From positions 21,002 to 85,001 of IMG/VR virus record IMGVR_UViG_3300005077_000011: DNA of 64,000 nucleotides. One strand, written 5' to 3'. A program made the position numbers and the translations under genes. Positions 48,533-57,510 of this stretch are shown here, one piece after another (positions within the stretch are counted from its first letter, which is position 1; every line of letters begins with the position of its first letter). The stretch is from a virus. Below the pieces are notes generated by a model. That model was not told the DNA's origin and searched no databases. It saw nothing but the letters and a program-made list of their open reading frames with translations.

Positions 48533-48634
48533 AATTTGTCCTAGGTCGTTGTTAATCTAGGACAATGCTCTTAAAGAGAATTAAGCTAGATCATTCCTAG
48601 CTAAGAGCACAATAAAAAGATTTAAGATAATAAC

Positions 48635-48754
48635 ATGACACAAGCTATTGTTATTGTATTGTTGGCTCTTATTTTTTGTGGAATAATGATATTTATTTTT
48701 ATAGCAGAAGAGAAGTATCTTGAACCTTTACAAAATAAAAAGAATAAGATATAA
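48635..48754 (+). CDS. Small membrane peptide (39 aa, not in ORF track)
   Basis: MTQAIVIVLLALIFCGIMIFIFIAEEK...; single TM. Confidence 0.4.
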   Translation: MTQAIVIVLLALIFCGIMIFIFIAEEKYLEPLQNKKNKI

Positions 48755-48755
48755 T
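48727..48755 (+). promoter_or_regulatory. Promoter TTTACA-N17-TATAAT for the tmRNA
   Basis: Family match just upstream of the tmRNA 5' end. Confidence 0.8.
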
Positions 48756-48763
48756 ATATACAC

Positions 48764-49091
48764 GGGCTCGAATTTGAATCGACGTCTGAGGCTCTTTTAT
48801 ATTGCATGTCGGTGATTCCGTTAATCAAAAAATAATAAAAGCTATTAAAACACTTTTCAAGAGTATTAAATCTCTTGCTCAGAAAGCTAATGATTGGCTT
48901 GCAAGTCAGTTTTCTGTGTCAAACCCAGCAGGCTATGCTTTTGTTTGAGTTAAACACAAACGAGTTCTTTGTCTGAACTAAAATAGACTTGGTGGAGACG
49001 TTATAGTTGTCATACTTATAAATGAACAAACATGCTAAACATATTCAAGAAAATCTTTCGGACGAGGGAGCAACACCCTCCGAGTCCACTA
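48764..49091 (+). ncRNA. ssrA: tmRNA
   Basis: Acceptor stem GGGCUCG/CGAGUCC with G3-U; T-stem GAGGG/CCCUC; helix 2 CGUCUGAG/UUCGGACG and GCAUGU/ACAUGC; pk1 CGG-UGAUU-CCG-AAUCA; UA at -5/-4 of resume codon GCU 48841; tag ORF ends TGA 48948. Confidence 0.88.
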
Positions 49092-49109
49092 ATAAAAAAG
49101 GATAATATT

Positions 49110-49469
49110 ATGGAAAAGAAATATATAACTCTTCTCTACAGTGAGAAGGTACACGATATTAAAGAATTTGAAACTTTAAAAGAAGCAATCACTTACTTAA
49201 TAAAAAACGGAGCAAATTTTGAAAATCAAGAAATTGTAAACAAAGTTGATTGGATGCCAGACAATGTTAAATCTACAACGGATGCTCAAGTTCATAAGTT
49301 GACACCAGAAGAGGAAGAATTAGCTAAGAGGCCGAATCCTACCACTCCTCCTTTAGACCAACCAAAGATTATTGATCCTTTGCGCGGAACGAATTTACAA
49401 GGAAAGAAATCAATCTTTGATGGAATAATTCCACCTCAGATGAGAGGAGTAATAAACAAAGATGATTAA
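49110..49469 (+). CDS. Hypothetical protein
   Basis: Start moved to ATG 49110 (AAGGA SD), after the tmRNA. Confidence 0.6.
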   Translation: MEKKYITLLYSEKVHDIKEFETLKEAITYLIKNGANFENQEIVNKVDWMPDNVKSTTDAQVHKLTPEEEELAKRPNPTTPPLDQPKIIDPLRGTNLQGKKSIFDGIIPPQMRGVINKDD

Positions 49470-49490
49470 AGGAGGTGACTATCACAATAC

Positions 49491-49874
49491 ATGGAAGTAT
49501 ATCTTAGTGCTGACTTATACGAAGCAGCATTTTTGCTCTCAATGGGAGCTCAATTTAGAAAAGTCAAAGAATATTATAAAAATAAACTCGGCAAAAGCTT
49601 CTCTGTTTTAGAGTTAGAAGGAGTAACTTTTGATATGCTCCAAAAAGAACATGATGATAATGCCCTCGTAAATTATCATAAATTTAAAGAGCAAAGAAAA
49701 CGTATTAAAAAGAAAATTGAGAAATATGCTACTGAGCATAAACACAAGGAGATAACATCAACAGAAGCCTATAAGATCCATAAAGAATTAGCAAAACAAT
49801 TTGTGCAGATGCAGGAATATTCTACAGGATCTGGCCCACGACGAATTATTATTGAAAATGAAAACAAAGAATGA
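49491..49874 (+). CDS. Hypothetical protein, DUF5659-like N-terminus
   Basis: SD GGAGGTGA; SADLYEAAFLLSMG. Confidence 0.45.
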   Translation: MEVYLSADLYEAAFLLSMGAQFRKVKEYYKNKLGKSFSVLELEGVTFDMLQKEHDDNALVNYHKFKEQRKRIKKKIEKYATEHKHKEITSTEAYKIHKELAKQFVQMQEYSTGSGPRRIIIENENKE

Positions 49875-50541
49875 AGAAATATTATTACCTTATCCTGCTT
49901 ATCGAATCTTACCTTGGGAAAAAGATTTTACTAAACAACTAGGAGTTAAGGCACACGAAAAAAAATATAAAAAGGCAAAAACAGATAGAAGAGACGATGA
50001 AGAAGCTTTAGTAGACTCTATAAGCGGCATGACTTGTGAGTTAGCTTTGCAAGAAATGTTTTCCAAAAAAGCTAAAAATAGAATAATATTTTCAAGTATA
50101 CATCATGGAGTGAAGACAGGTGAATTTAATTCTAATTATGATTTAGGAATATTAGGAAAAGATAAAGACGGCAATGATAAAGAGTTCACAATTGACATAA
50201 AAGCAACATCAACGTTGACAAGCAAAATAATAAAATCTCCGTTCAACTGTAATTTTGTCCTTAGTTATTCTTTGTCACAGCGAAAGAAATGGTATGGATC
50301 TTTCTGCGATTATTATGTACAAATGTTTTGGGATGAGAATGAAGACATTTTATATTTTGTCGGAGCTTTAACAGGAAAGACTGTTGAAGAGTTTGTTGAA
50401 AGACGAAGAACTCCAGAACGAAGAGGCTCTACAAGTCTTGTCTTACAAAAAGATTTTGATGCGACTAAACATATTCTACCTCTAATAGATAAGCAGTATA
50501 GAATAGATCACGGTTTACAAACTCACGATTTCAGTATATAA
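49858..50541 (+). CDS. Putative restriction-endonuclease-fold (PD-(D/E)xK) nuclease
   Basis: GMTCELA...YDLG...IDIKAT. Confidence 0.4.
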   Translation: MKTKNEEILLPYPAYRILPWEKDFTKQLGVKAHEKKYKKAKTDRRDDEEALVDSISGMTCELALQEMFSKKAKNRIIFSSIHHGVKTGEFNSNYDLGILGKDKDGNDKEFTIDIKATSTLTSKIIKSPFNCNFVLSYSLSQRKKWYGSFCDYYVQMFWDENEDILYFVGALTGKTVEEFVERRRTPERRGSTSLVLQKDFDATKHILPLIDKQYRIDHGLQTHDFSI

Positions 50542-50542
50542 T
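50514..50542 (+). promoter_or_regulatory. Promoter TTTACA-N17-TATAAT
   Basis: Family match; ATG 9 nt after the -10. Confidence 0.7.
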
Positions 50543-50550
50543 ATACAGAT

Positions 50551-50832
50551 ATGAATATAGTAATCATTGCAAAGAAACAATATACAGTTTCTCCTTCTTC
50601 TGATAAGCCTGTTTTAAGAGAAGCTCTTAAAAAAGTAAAGTACGTAGCAATTGTGGCTGACGAAGGATATGATCGAATAGATGAACTTTGTGAGACTTTA
50701 GACACAATTGAGGATGTTACAGAAGGGCATAGAAAACATGTCATAATTATTGGTGACATAGTTGGAATTCATGAAAAAGTTCTAAGAAACGAGTATCCTC
50801 AATTTTACTTTTATTTTATTAATCCTCAATAA
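50551..50832 (+). CDS. Hypothetical protein
   Basis: ORF under its own promoter. Confidence 0.55.
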   Translation: MNIVIIAKKQYTVSPSSDKPVLREALKKVKYVAIVADEGYDRIDELCETLDTIEDVTEGHRKHVIIIGDIVGIHEKVLRNEYPQFYFYFINPQ

Positions 50833-50902
50833 CGAAATGAGATTGAAACGAAAAGTATGAGGTTGAAGTTGCTATAAGATAGTTTTACGTCTGCTTCTAA
50901 AG

Positions 50903-50928
50903 ATAGAGCTTGAGCTCTATTTTTTTTC
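50903..50928 (+). terminator. Terminator-like hairpin
   Basis: ATAGAGC-TTGA-GCTCTAT followed by a T-run. Confidence 0.6.
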
Positions 50929-50937
50929 TCTTTTATT

Positions 50938-53088
50938 ATGAAAACTCGACAATTATCAAAAGGCATGGGTGAAGCCGTTGCCAAAAGAACGATTCTTCGA
51001 ACAAAAGAAGATGGTTCATTAGAAACTTGGCAAGATGTTGCTCATCGAGTAGCAGCAGGAAATGCAAATCTTATTAAGCTTCGTGAAGATGCAAATGCGT
51101 GGAAATTTCAACCAGGTTCGTTTGATGAACACATAAAAGTAGAACAAGAAATTCTTGAGAGACATATATCCAATGGTAGTCTTCTTATGTCAGGCCGGCA
51201 TCTTCAACATGGTGATGAAAATCAAATAATTCGAAACATGGAAGTATTTACTAATTGTAGCACAGCAACTACAAGTTTTGTATTATTTTACTTACTTCTT
51301 AATGGATCTGGCGTCGGGAGAGCATATGACGATGACATGTGTATTGTCGATTGGTCTTTTTTGCCGGCTCTACGCGTCGTCCTTAGCACTAAACACTCTG
51401 ATTTTGTTTGGGGACAAGATGAAAGCTTAGAAGAGGCACAAAGAAAATATAGAGATGCAATGTTCTATACTGTAGAAGATAGCAGAGAAGGGTGGGCAAA
51501 AGCAATTGAAACACTTGAAACAATGGCATACGAAAAAATATACAAAGATCAATTAGTTGTATTGGATTTTTCTGAAGTACGACCTAAAGGCGCTCCAATT
51601 CATGGTATGCAGAATAGGCCTTCTTCAGGACCTAAGCCAACAATGAAAGCAATTGAGAATATTGCTTCAATTAAAACAACAAAAATGCAATTATGGGAAC
51701 AGGCAATGTGGATTGATCATTATTTAGCCGAATGTGTTCTTGTCGGTGGAGCTAGACGTTCGGCAAGAATGAGCACAAAATATTGGAAAGATCCTGGCAT
51801 ATTTGATTTTATAAATATTAAAAAAGGCGGATTTCTTTGGTCTTCAAATAATTCTATAACTGTAGATGCTGAGTTCTGGAGACAAGACACAGAACTTTCA
51901 AAAAGTATACTAAAAATAGCATTACAAGCAGCGTATAATGACGGTACTGGTGAACCTGGATTCATTAATCAAGATAAATTAGTACAAAATAATACTGGAT
52001 TTGAATCTTTCTTCTCTGGAGACTATGTAGGTTCTAAAAAGTTTGATGTTGAACAACCAAGTAAAATTCTTCTTTCTCATATTGCTAATATAGTAAAAGA
52101 GAAGAAATATTCTCAAATTACAAATCCTTGTGGCGAAGTCAGTCTTAATATGCTTGGTGGATATTGTGTTATAGCTGATGTAGTTCCTTACCTCACAGAA
52201 ACAAAAGAAGAAGCTTTAGAAGCCTTTAAAGCAGCAACGCGAGCTTTGATTCGTGTGAATTTAATGGATAGTTTATATCATATAGAAACTCATCGAACTA
52301 ATAGAATTGGTGTTGGAATGACAGGAATTCATGAATATGCATGGAAAGCTTTTGGTTATGGATTTAGAGATTTAATTGATGAAGAAAAGTCACAATCATT
52401 TTGGAATGCTATATCTGAATTTAGTAAAGCAGTAAAACAAGAAGCTGAACAATATTGTCTTACTCTTGAGCTTCCTGTTCCTCATACAGATACAACAATA
52501 AAACCAGCAGGCACAACAAGTAAACTCTTCGGGCTTACAGAAGGAGCACATCTTCCTTCTATGAAAGAATACCTTAGATGGGTTCAATTCAGAGAAGATG
52601 ATCCGTTAGTTCAAAAGTATATTGATCTTGGTTATCCTCATAAAGAATTAAAAGCTTATCATGGCACTATTATTATAGGATTTCCAACTCAACCTGAGAT
52701 TTGCAAACTTGGAATGAATGGAAAATTAGTGACTGCGTCAGAAGCTACTCCAGAAGAACAATATAAATGGCTTATGCTTTTAGAGAAATATTGGCTTAGA
52801 GGAGATTCAATTAATGACACAGGAAATCAAATCTCTTATACATTAAAATATGATCCAAAGAAAGTTTCATTTGAAGAATTTGTGAAAATGATAACACAAT
52901 ATCAATCTCAAGTAAAATGTTGTACTGTTATGCCTCAGATAGATGTTACTTCATATGAATATCAACCCGAAGAGCCTCTTCCTCCTGGCAAATTCGTTTG
53001 GTTAGTAGAACAAATCAAAGATTCTGAATTGACAGAGGACATCGACTTAGAGAGCTTAAAATGTTCTTCTGGATCGTGTCCTATATAA
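50938..53088 (+). CDS. nrdJ: Class II (B12-dependent) ribonucleotide reductase
   Basis: FTNC, VGGARRSA, GEPG, TNPCGE, TIKPAGTTS, C-terminal CSSGSCPI. Confidence 0.85.
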   Translation: MKTRQLSKGMGEAVAKRTILRTKEDGSLETWQDVAHRVAAGNANLIKLREDANAWKFQPGSFDEHIKVEQEILERHISNGSLLMSGRHLQHGDENQIIRNMEVFTNCSTATTSFVLFYLLLNGSGVGRAYDDDMCIVDWSFLPALRVVLSTKHSDFVWGQDESLEEAQRKYRDAMFYTVEDSREGWAKAIETLETMAYEKIYKDQLVVLDFSEVRPKGAPIHGMQNRPSSGPKPTMKAIENIASIKTTKMQLWEQAMWIDHYLAECVLVGGARRSARMSTKYWKDPGIFDFINIKKGGFLWSSNNSITVDAEFWRQDTELSKSILKIALQAAYNDGTGEPGFINQDKLVQNNTGFESFFSGDYVGSKKFDVEQPSKILLSHIANIVKEKKYSQITNPCGEVSLNMLGGYCVIADVVPYLTETKEEALEAFKAATRALIRVNLMDSLYHIETHRTNRIGVGMTGIHEYAWKAFGYGFRDLIDEEKSQSFWNAISEFSKAVKQEAEQYCLTLELPVPHTDTTIKPAGTTSKLFGLTEGAHLPSMKEYLRWVQFREDDPLVQKYIDLGYPHKELKAYHGTIIIGFPTQPEICKLGMNGKLVTASEATPEEQYKWLMLLEKYWLRGDSINDTGNQISYTLKYDPKKVSFEEFVKMITQYQSQVKCCTVMPQIDVTSYEYQPEEPLPPGKFVWLVEQIKDSELTEDIDLESLKCSSGSCPI

Positions 53089-53158
53089 TATCATTCAATG
53101 ATGTTGATGACATCTGAGCTCATCGTAGTGACTCAAACAATACTCTCAACTTTGTCTA

Positions 53159-53187
53159 TGTACAGTAAGAATTAAACAGTATATAAT
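53159..53187 (+). promoter_or_regulatory. Promoter TGTACA-N17-TATAAT
   Basis: Shares TTTGTCTATGTACA with the 32728 promoter. Confidence 0.75.
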
Positions 53188-53195
53188 ACTTATAT

Positions 53196-53390
53196 ATGAT
53201 AGCCTTTTTGCTATTTTTACTCTTAGTTATTTTTACATGGCCTTTGTTTCTGATATTGTTAATAGCAACATATGCTTTCATTATTGGAATACTTTCAATG
53301 TTTGGACCAGTATTTAAGACTATATTCATTATTATTCTTGTACTTTCTGTCATTGCTGGTCTACTTCAATACTTTCACATAGAATATTGA
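53196..53390 (+). CDS. Small membrane protein
   Basis: Almost fully hydrophobic, 64 aa. Confidence 0.55.
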   Translation: MIAFLLFLLLVIFTWPLFLILLIATYAFIIGILSMFGPVFKTIFIIILVLSVIAGLLQYFHIEY

Positions 53391-53410
53391 TATAGTTTTA
53401 TATAGAAAGT

Positions 53411-53439
53411 TTTACTTTTATACGTCTTCGTGATACAAT
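53411..53439 (+). promoter_or_regulatory. Promoter TTTACT-N17-TACAAT, predicted leaderless start
   Basis: ATG begins 7 nt after the end of the -10. Confidence 0.7.
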
Positions 53440-53445
53440 TGTTTC

Positions 53446-53931
53446 ATGAAGATTTTTTGTATTGACCCTTCTTCCTCAACACCAGGATTTGCTTGTTTTG
53501 TAGATAATGTCCCTCTTTGGTGTAAAACAATTCACTTAAAAGGAAATCACATTCTTGATCGACTTGCTACTCTTATTCCTTTTGTTCAAGAATTTCTTCT
53601 AAATGGAAATTTTGATTATATAGCTATTGAGACTCCTTATCTTGGAATAAGCAAAAGCACATCAATGAAAATGGGAGAGATATTTGGAGTGTTTTGTGCA
53701 GTACTTTTAATAAGTGGATATAATAGTAATCAAATAATAGAAATACATCCAATGACTGCCAAAAAAGCTGCAGGAATTGTTCATTTTAAAGATAGAGAAG
53801 AAGCTAAGCAAACAGTAAAACAAAAAATGTTAGAGAAATTTCCGCTTTTAAACATAGAGGACGATAATAGCAGCGATGCTTTAGCAATTGGATTAGCAGC
53901 AATTGAAGTAATTAAGGAGAATTATGAATGA
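53446..53931 (+). CDS. RuvC-like Holliday-junction resolvase
   Basis: IDPSS, AIETPY, HPMTAKK, DALAI. Confidence 0.8.
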   Translation: MKIFCIDPSSSTPGFACFVDNVPLWCKTIHLKGNHILDRLATLIPFVQEFLLNGNFDYIAIETPYLGISKSTSMKMGEIFGVFCAVLLISGYNSNQIIEIHPMTAKKAAGIVHFKDREEAKQTVKQKMLEKFPLLNIEDDNSSDALAIGLAAIEVIKENYE

Positions 53932-54316
53932 AGACAAACCAACGAAGTTTCACAAGAGTCTTGGCAATGTTAAAGATGAAGATATTACTGATGGAGAAAT
54001 ACTTCTTTTGAGAGCATTAATTAGAGATACTGAACAACAGATTATATTTTATCGCTTGCGAGAAGCAAGAATAGCAGAAAAGATTAAGAAATTATGGAAT
54101 TCAATAAAAGATCAAAAAAGATTAGCACAAGAAGCGAGAGAATTTGTTGATAGAAGTCCTCTATTTGCCTCTATTTGCATGGCTTCTGGAATATCTCCTG
54201 AAGCTGGACGCAGAAAATTTTATTCAAGGGTAAATGACACAATTGATAGAAAATTAAAACGACGAAAGGAAAAATATGCCACGACCACGGAAAAATCCGA
54301 ATCTACCGAAAGTTGA
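53924..54316 (+). CDS. Hypothetical protein
   Basis: SD AAGGAG; overlapping operon. Confidence 0.55.
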   Translation: MNEDKPTKFHKSLGNVKDEDITDGEILLLRALIRDTEQQIIFYRLREARIAEKIKKLWNSIKDQKRLAQEAREFVDRSPLFASICMASGISPEAGRRKFYSRVNDTIDRKLKRRKEKYATTTEKSESTES

Positions 54317-54962
54317 AAAGAAAAACGTGGGAGAAATAACTTCTTGGGACGTTAATATGGATAGAAATAAAATTCCATATGTTTCTCATGCTCCCACTAA
54401 TCCTATAAAAATGACAAAAGATCGAAAAGAACGGATTAAAAAAATTATAAAACTAAAAGGTGAAAAAAAGTCTGTTGACGAAATTGCAACAATATTAAAT
54501 ATGCCAGCAAAATATGTAAAGAGAGATCTTTCTGCTGCAATGGTTTTAGCAAAAGAAAATGCTCCATATTTACCAGCTAAGGATAAAGCGCTTCTTCATG
54601 ACACTATTGTCACATATAATGATGAAGCACGAGCATTATTTTCAAGAATACGAAACGTTATTACAGAACTTGAAGATGCTAAAGCATATATTGATCCAAA
54701 GGCAGGCATGGCATATGCTATGATTTTAGGAGAATTAAGACAAACTCTTGAGCTTGGAGCTAAATTATCTGGCGAGCTTCAAACTGGAACAAGAGTAAAC
54801 GTAGTTGTTTTTTCAGGACTAGTAAAACGTATTATAGAAATTATTAATCAAGAAGTTGATCGACCTACATTTATTAGAATTCGTGATCGAATGAAATTAG
54901 AAATGCAAGGACAACAACCCCTTGGAGATAAAGGTGGAGATGTAGATGTTATCACAGAATGA
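54276..54962 (+). CDS. Probable terminase small subunit (HTH)
   Basis: SVDEIATILNMPAKYVKRDL HTH plus helical body; directly upstream of the large subunit. Confidence 0.6.
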   Translation: MPRPRKNPNLPKVEKKNVGEITSWDVNMDRNKIPYVSHAPTNPIKMTKDRKERIKKIIKLKGEKKSVDEIATILNMPAKYVKRDLSAAMVLAKENAPYLPAKDKALLHDTIVTYNDEARALFSRIRNVITELEDAKAYIDPKAGMAYAMILGELRQTLELGAKLSGELQTGTRVNVVVFSGLVKRIIEIINQEVDRPTFIRIRDRMKLEMQGQQPLGDKGGDVDVITE

Positions 54963-56559
54963 CAAACAAATTCAAACTGGTTTGGCTGAAGAGCTTAATA
55001 AGCTCTTTCTTGATGAAGCAGAGGAGATTATAGAGGGTGATCCTGATTGGAAAGAAACTCCTGTTGATTTAGATACTTATATATCTAGTCCTCTTTATCA
55101 AGATTTGCCTCCTCTCTCTCCGCGCCAAAGAAAAGCTGCAGTTTCTATTCTTGGAGAAGATCCTAAAAAGATTTTTAGACGCACTAATGGAAAAACGACA
55201 GGAGTTCTTCTTTGGGGAAAAGGAGCAGGAAAAGACTATCTTTCTGCAGTGATTATTTCTTATCTTTCTTATATTCTTTGCTGTTTAAAAAGTCCACAAA
55301 AGTATCTTGGAGTAGCTCCAGGAGAGCCTCTTGATGTTATTAATGTTGCTTATTCAGCATCTCAAGCAAATCTTGTCTTCTTTGCTAAATTAAAACAGCG
55401 AATTCAAAAACCTATGTTCCAACGATTTTCACCTCATATTATTGAAGACAAAGTAGAGTTTCCAAACGGTGTTAGACTTCATTCAAGGCACTCGGAAAAT
55501 GAATCCTATGAAGGATTTAATATATTAGCTTGGGTAATGGATGAGGCTTCAGCTTTTAAAGATAAAACAAAAAGAGCTAACGCAGATGCTATTTATTCAA
55601 CTCTTAAATCATCTGCTACATCTCGTTTCGGACAACAGTGGATTGGAATTGTTATTTCATATCCGCGTTATCAAAATGATTTTACTATAAGGCTGTATAA
55701 TCAATCAAAAGACCAGCCTCACATTTATGGAGACATGGGAGCAACATGGGATATTCATCCAATAAGAAAAAGAGAAGATTTTGCAGATGATTATAGAACA
55801 GATCCAGAAGACGCTCGAACTAAGTATGAATGTATACCTCCGGCTATTACAGATGCCTTCTTTACTTTAACTAATAAAATTTATGAATGTAATTCTGATA
55901 CTGAACCTGTTGTCTTTGTTGAAGGCACTACAACAATACGTAATATAGAAAATGGACAAAAAGAATATACTGCTTTGACAATAGAGCCTTTGAAGAAAGA
56001 TTTTGTGCATGAATATTTTGTTCATTGTGATCCTGGTCTTTTGTCTGATTCTTTTGTGTTAGCAATGGGGCACGTTATTCAAGGAGAAGAAAAAGAAATT
56101 AAAAAAGATGAAGAGCTTGTGATTTTGCCAAAGGTACAAATTGATTTAATTTTAGTCTGGGAACCTCAAGATGGTAAACCTGTTGACATTCTTAATGTAA
56201 AAGACACGATAATAATGTTGTCTACTTGTTTTAATTTAAAATCAGTTACTTTTGATAGATGGAATTCAGCTACCACAATTCAGGAGCTTATTGTCAATGG
56301 AATTAAAGCAGAGGATATGACTTTCTCTAGAGGACAACAGCTTGAAATATATCGAAATTTAAGAGCTTTAGTATATAACAATCTTATTCATTGGCCTTCA
56401 AATCAAGTTTTGTGTGAAGAACTAGCAAAATTGCAATTAATAAATGGGACAAAAGTTGATCATCCAGTTGATGGAAGCAAAGACTTGGCTGATGCAGTTG
56501 CTGGGTGTGCTTGGAAGTGTTCAGAGATTAAAAATGATATGTGGATTTTTAGTCTTTAA
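54946..56559 (+). CDS. Terminase large subunit
   Basis: GKGAGKD Walker A, WVMDEAS Walker B, ISYPR, HCDPG, TFDRWNS, KVDHPVDGSKDLADAV. Confidence 0.88.
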   Translation: MLSQNDKQIQTGLAEELNKLFLDEAEEIIEGDPDWKETPVDLDTYISSPLYQDLPPLSPRQRKAAVSILGEDPKKIFRRTNGKTTGVLLWGKGAGKDYLSAVIISYLSYILCCLKSPQKYLGVAPGEPLDVINVAYSASQANLVFFAKLKQRIQKPMFQRFSPHIIEDKVEFPNGVRLHSRHSENESYEGFNILAWVMDEASAFKDKTKRANADAIYSTLKSSATSRFGQQWIGIVISYPRYQNDFTIRLYNQSKDQPHIYGDMGATWDIHPIRKREDFADDYRTDPEDARTKYECIPPAITDAFFTLTNKIYECNSDTEPVVFVEGTTTIRNIENGQKEYTALTIEPLKKDFVHEYFVHCDPGLLSDSFVLAMGHVIQGEEKEIKKDEELVILPKVQIDLILVWEPQDGKPVDILNVKDTIIMLSTCFNLKSVTFDRWNSATTIQELIVNGIKAEDMTFSRGQQLEIYRNLRALVYNNLIHWPSNQVLCEELAKLQLINGTKVDHPVDGSKDLADAVAGCAWKCSEIKNDMWIFSL

Positions 56560-57101
56560 GCTTGAAATATTACTTGTTCTTGAATTATAGTTTGTTGTTG
56601 ATGTTCATTTTCTAATCTAATTAAAGAATTCTCTGGCAAAGTGAAACCTTCGGGAGCATCTTGAATATCTTCTATAAGATGTATATAAGCATCATAAAAA
56701 GCTTCATCTCCACCCATTCTTTTATATATTTCTCTACTTTGTTTTATTCCTTGTTGATAGTCTCCTGAGCTATTGAGGACATCTAAATATTTTAATGAGT
56801 TTCTTACTATTTTCATTTCTATAGCATCTCTTGGATCAATTCCTGTTTGAGAACATAAACGAAGAGTAAGATATAAAACATCGCCTATTTCTGACGCTAT
56901 TTCTATTGGTGTTTTTTCAAGTTCAACTGCTTCTTTTAATTCATTTGCTTCTTCTACTATAAATTTTGTGACTATTTCAGGAGTATCATGAGCTTCCCAA
57001 TTTTCTCTTTTTTTATTTTGTTCTGCAACGACATTCATCAATGTTGCAAATTCGCCTTGTGTTTCTTTTGGAGTTTCTACAAATAAAAATCTTTCGCTCA
57101 T
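56556..57101 (-). CDS. MazG-like nucleotide pyrophosphohydrolase
   Basis: EEANELKEA..EIGDVLYL. Confidence 0.7.
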   Translation of the reverse strand: MSERFLFVETPKETQGEFATLMNVVAEQNKKRENWEAHDTPEIVTKFIVEEANELKEAVELEKTPIEIASEIGDVLYLTLRLCSQTGIDPRDAIEMKIVRNSLKYLDVLNSSGDYQQGIKQSREIYKRMGGDEAFYDAYIHLIEDIQDAPEGFTLPENSLIRLENEHQQQTIIQEQVIFQA

Positions 57102-57114
57102 TTCCTCTCCTTTC

Positions 57115-57143
57115 AGATTAAAAACATATAAATCAATTGTAAA
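57115..57143 (-). promoter_or_regulatory. Promoter TTTACA-N17-TAATCT
   Basis: Family -35 on the minus strand upstream of the MazG-like gene. Confidence 0.5.
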
Positions 57144-57282
57144 CAGAAAAATGAAGAAAATAGTACAAAAGAAGATAAATCAATTATTAGACTCTAATAA
57201 GACAAAATTAGCTTTCTAGAGAATCAGTCGGCAGAGTGCAAGCACTCCACTAACTGATTTTTAAGAAAGCTAATAATTTATT

Positions 57283-57510
57283 TTATACCTTTTGTGAAGC
57301 TTTGTAAAATATTGAAATATAAGGACGAAATAAAATTCTGAAGATTAACTTAAATTTTTGAAATAAGTTTAATTTATTTGGAAAAGAAAACCATTCCTGA
57401 TCTTCTCTTGCAATGATTGGATTTAAAAAGTTTTTATAGATTGGAAGCTTTAATTGATTTTTTTCAGATTGATTTAATATATCTGAAATTATAAGATTTT
57501 GAGTTTTCAT
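57283..57510 (-). CDS. Hypothetical protein
   Basis: Coupled to the upstream phosphoesterase. Confidence 0.45.
   Translation of the reverse strand: MKTQNLIISDILNQSEKNQLKLPIYKNFLNPIIAREDQEWFSFPNKLNLFQKFKLIFRILFRPYISIFYKASQKV

Noticed and set aside
48622-48828. Minus-strand 68-aa ORF
   Set aside because: Antisense to the tmRNA 5' end and its promoter; a plus-strand TM peptide explains the hydrophobic bias
49032-49109. N-terminal extension of the 49032 ORF
   Set aside because: Lies within the tmRNA 3' domain; ATG 49110 has an SD
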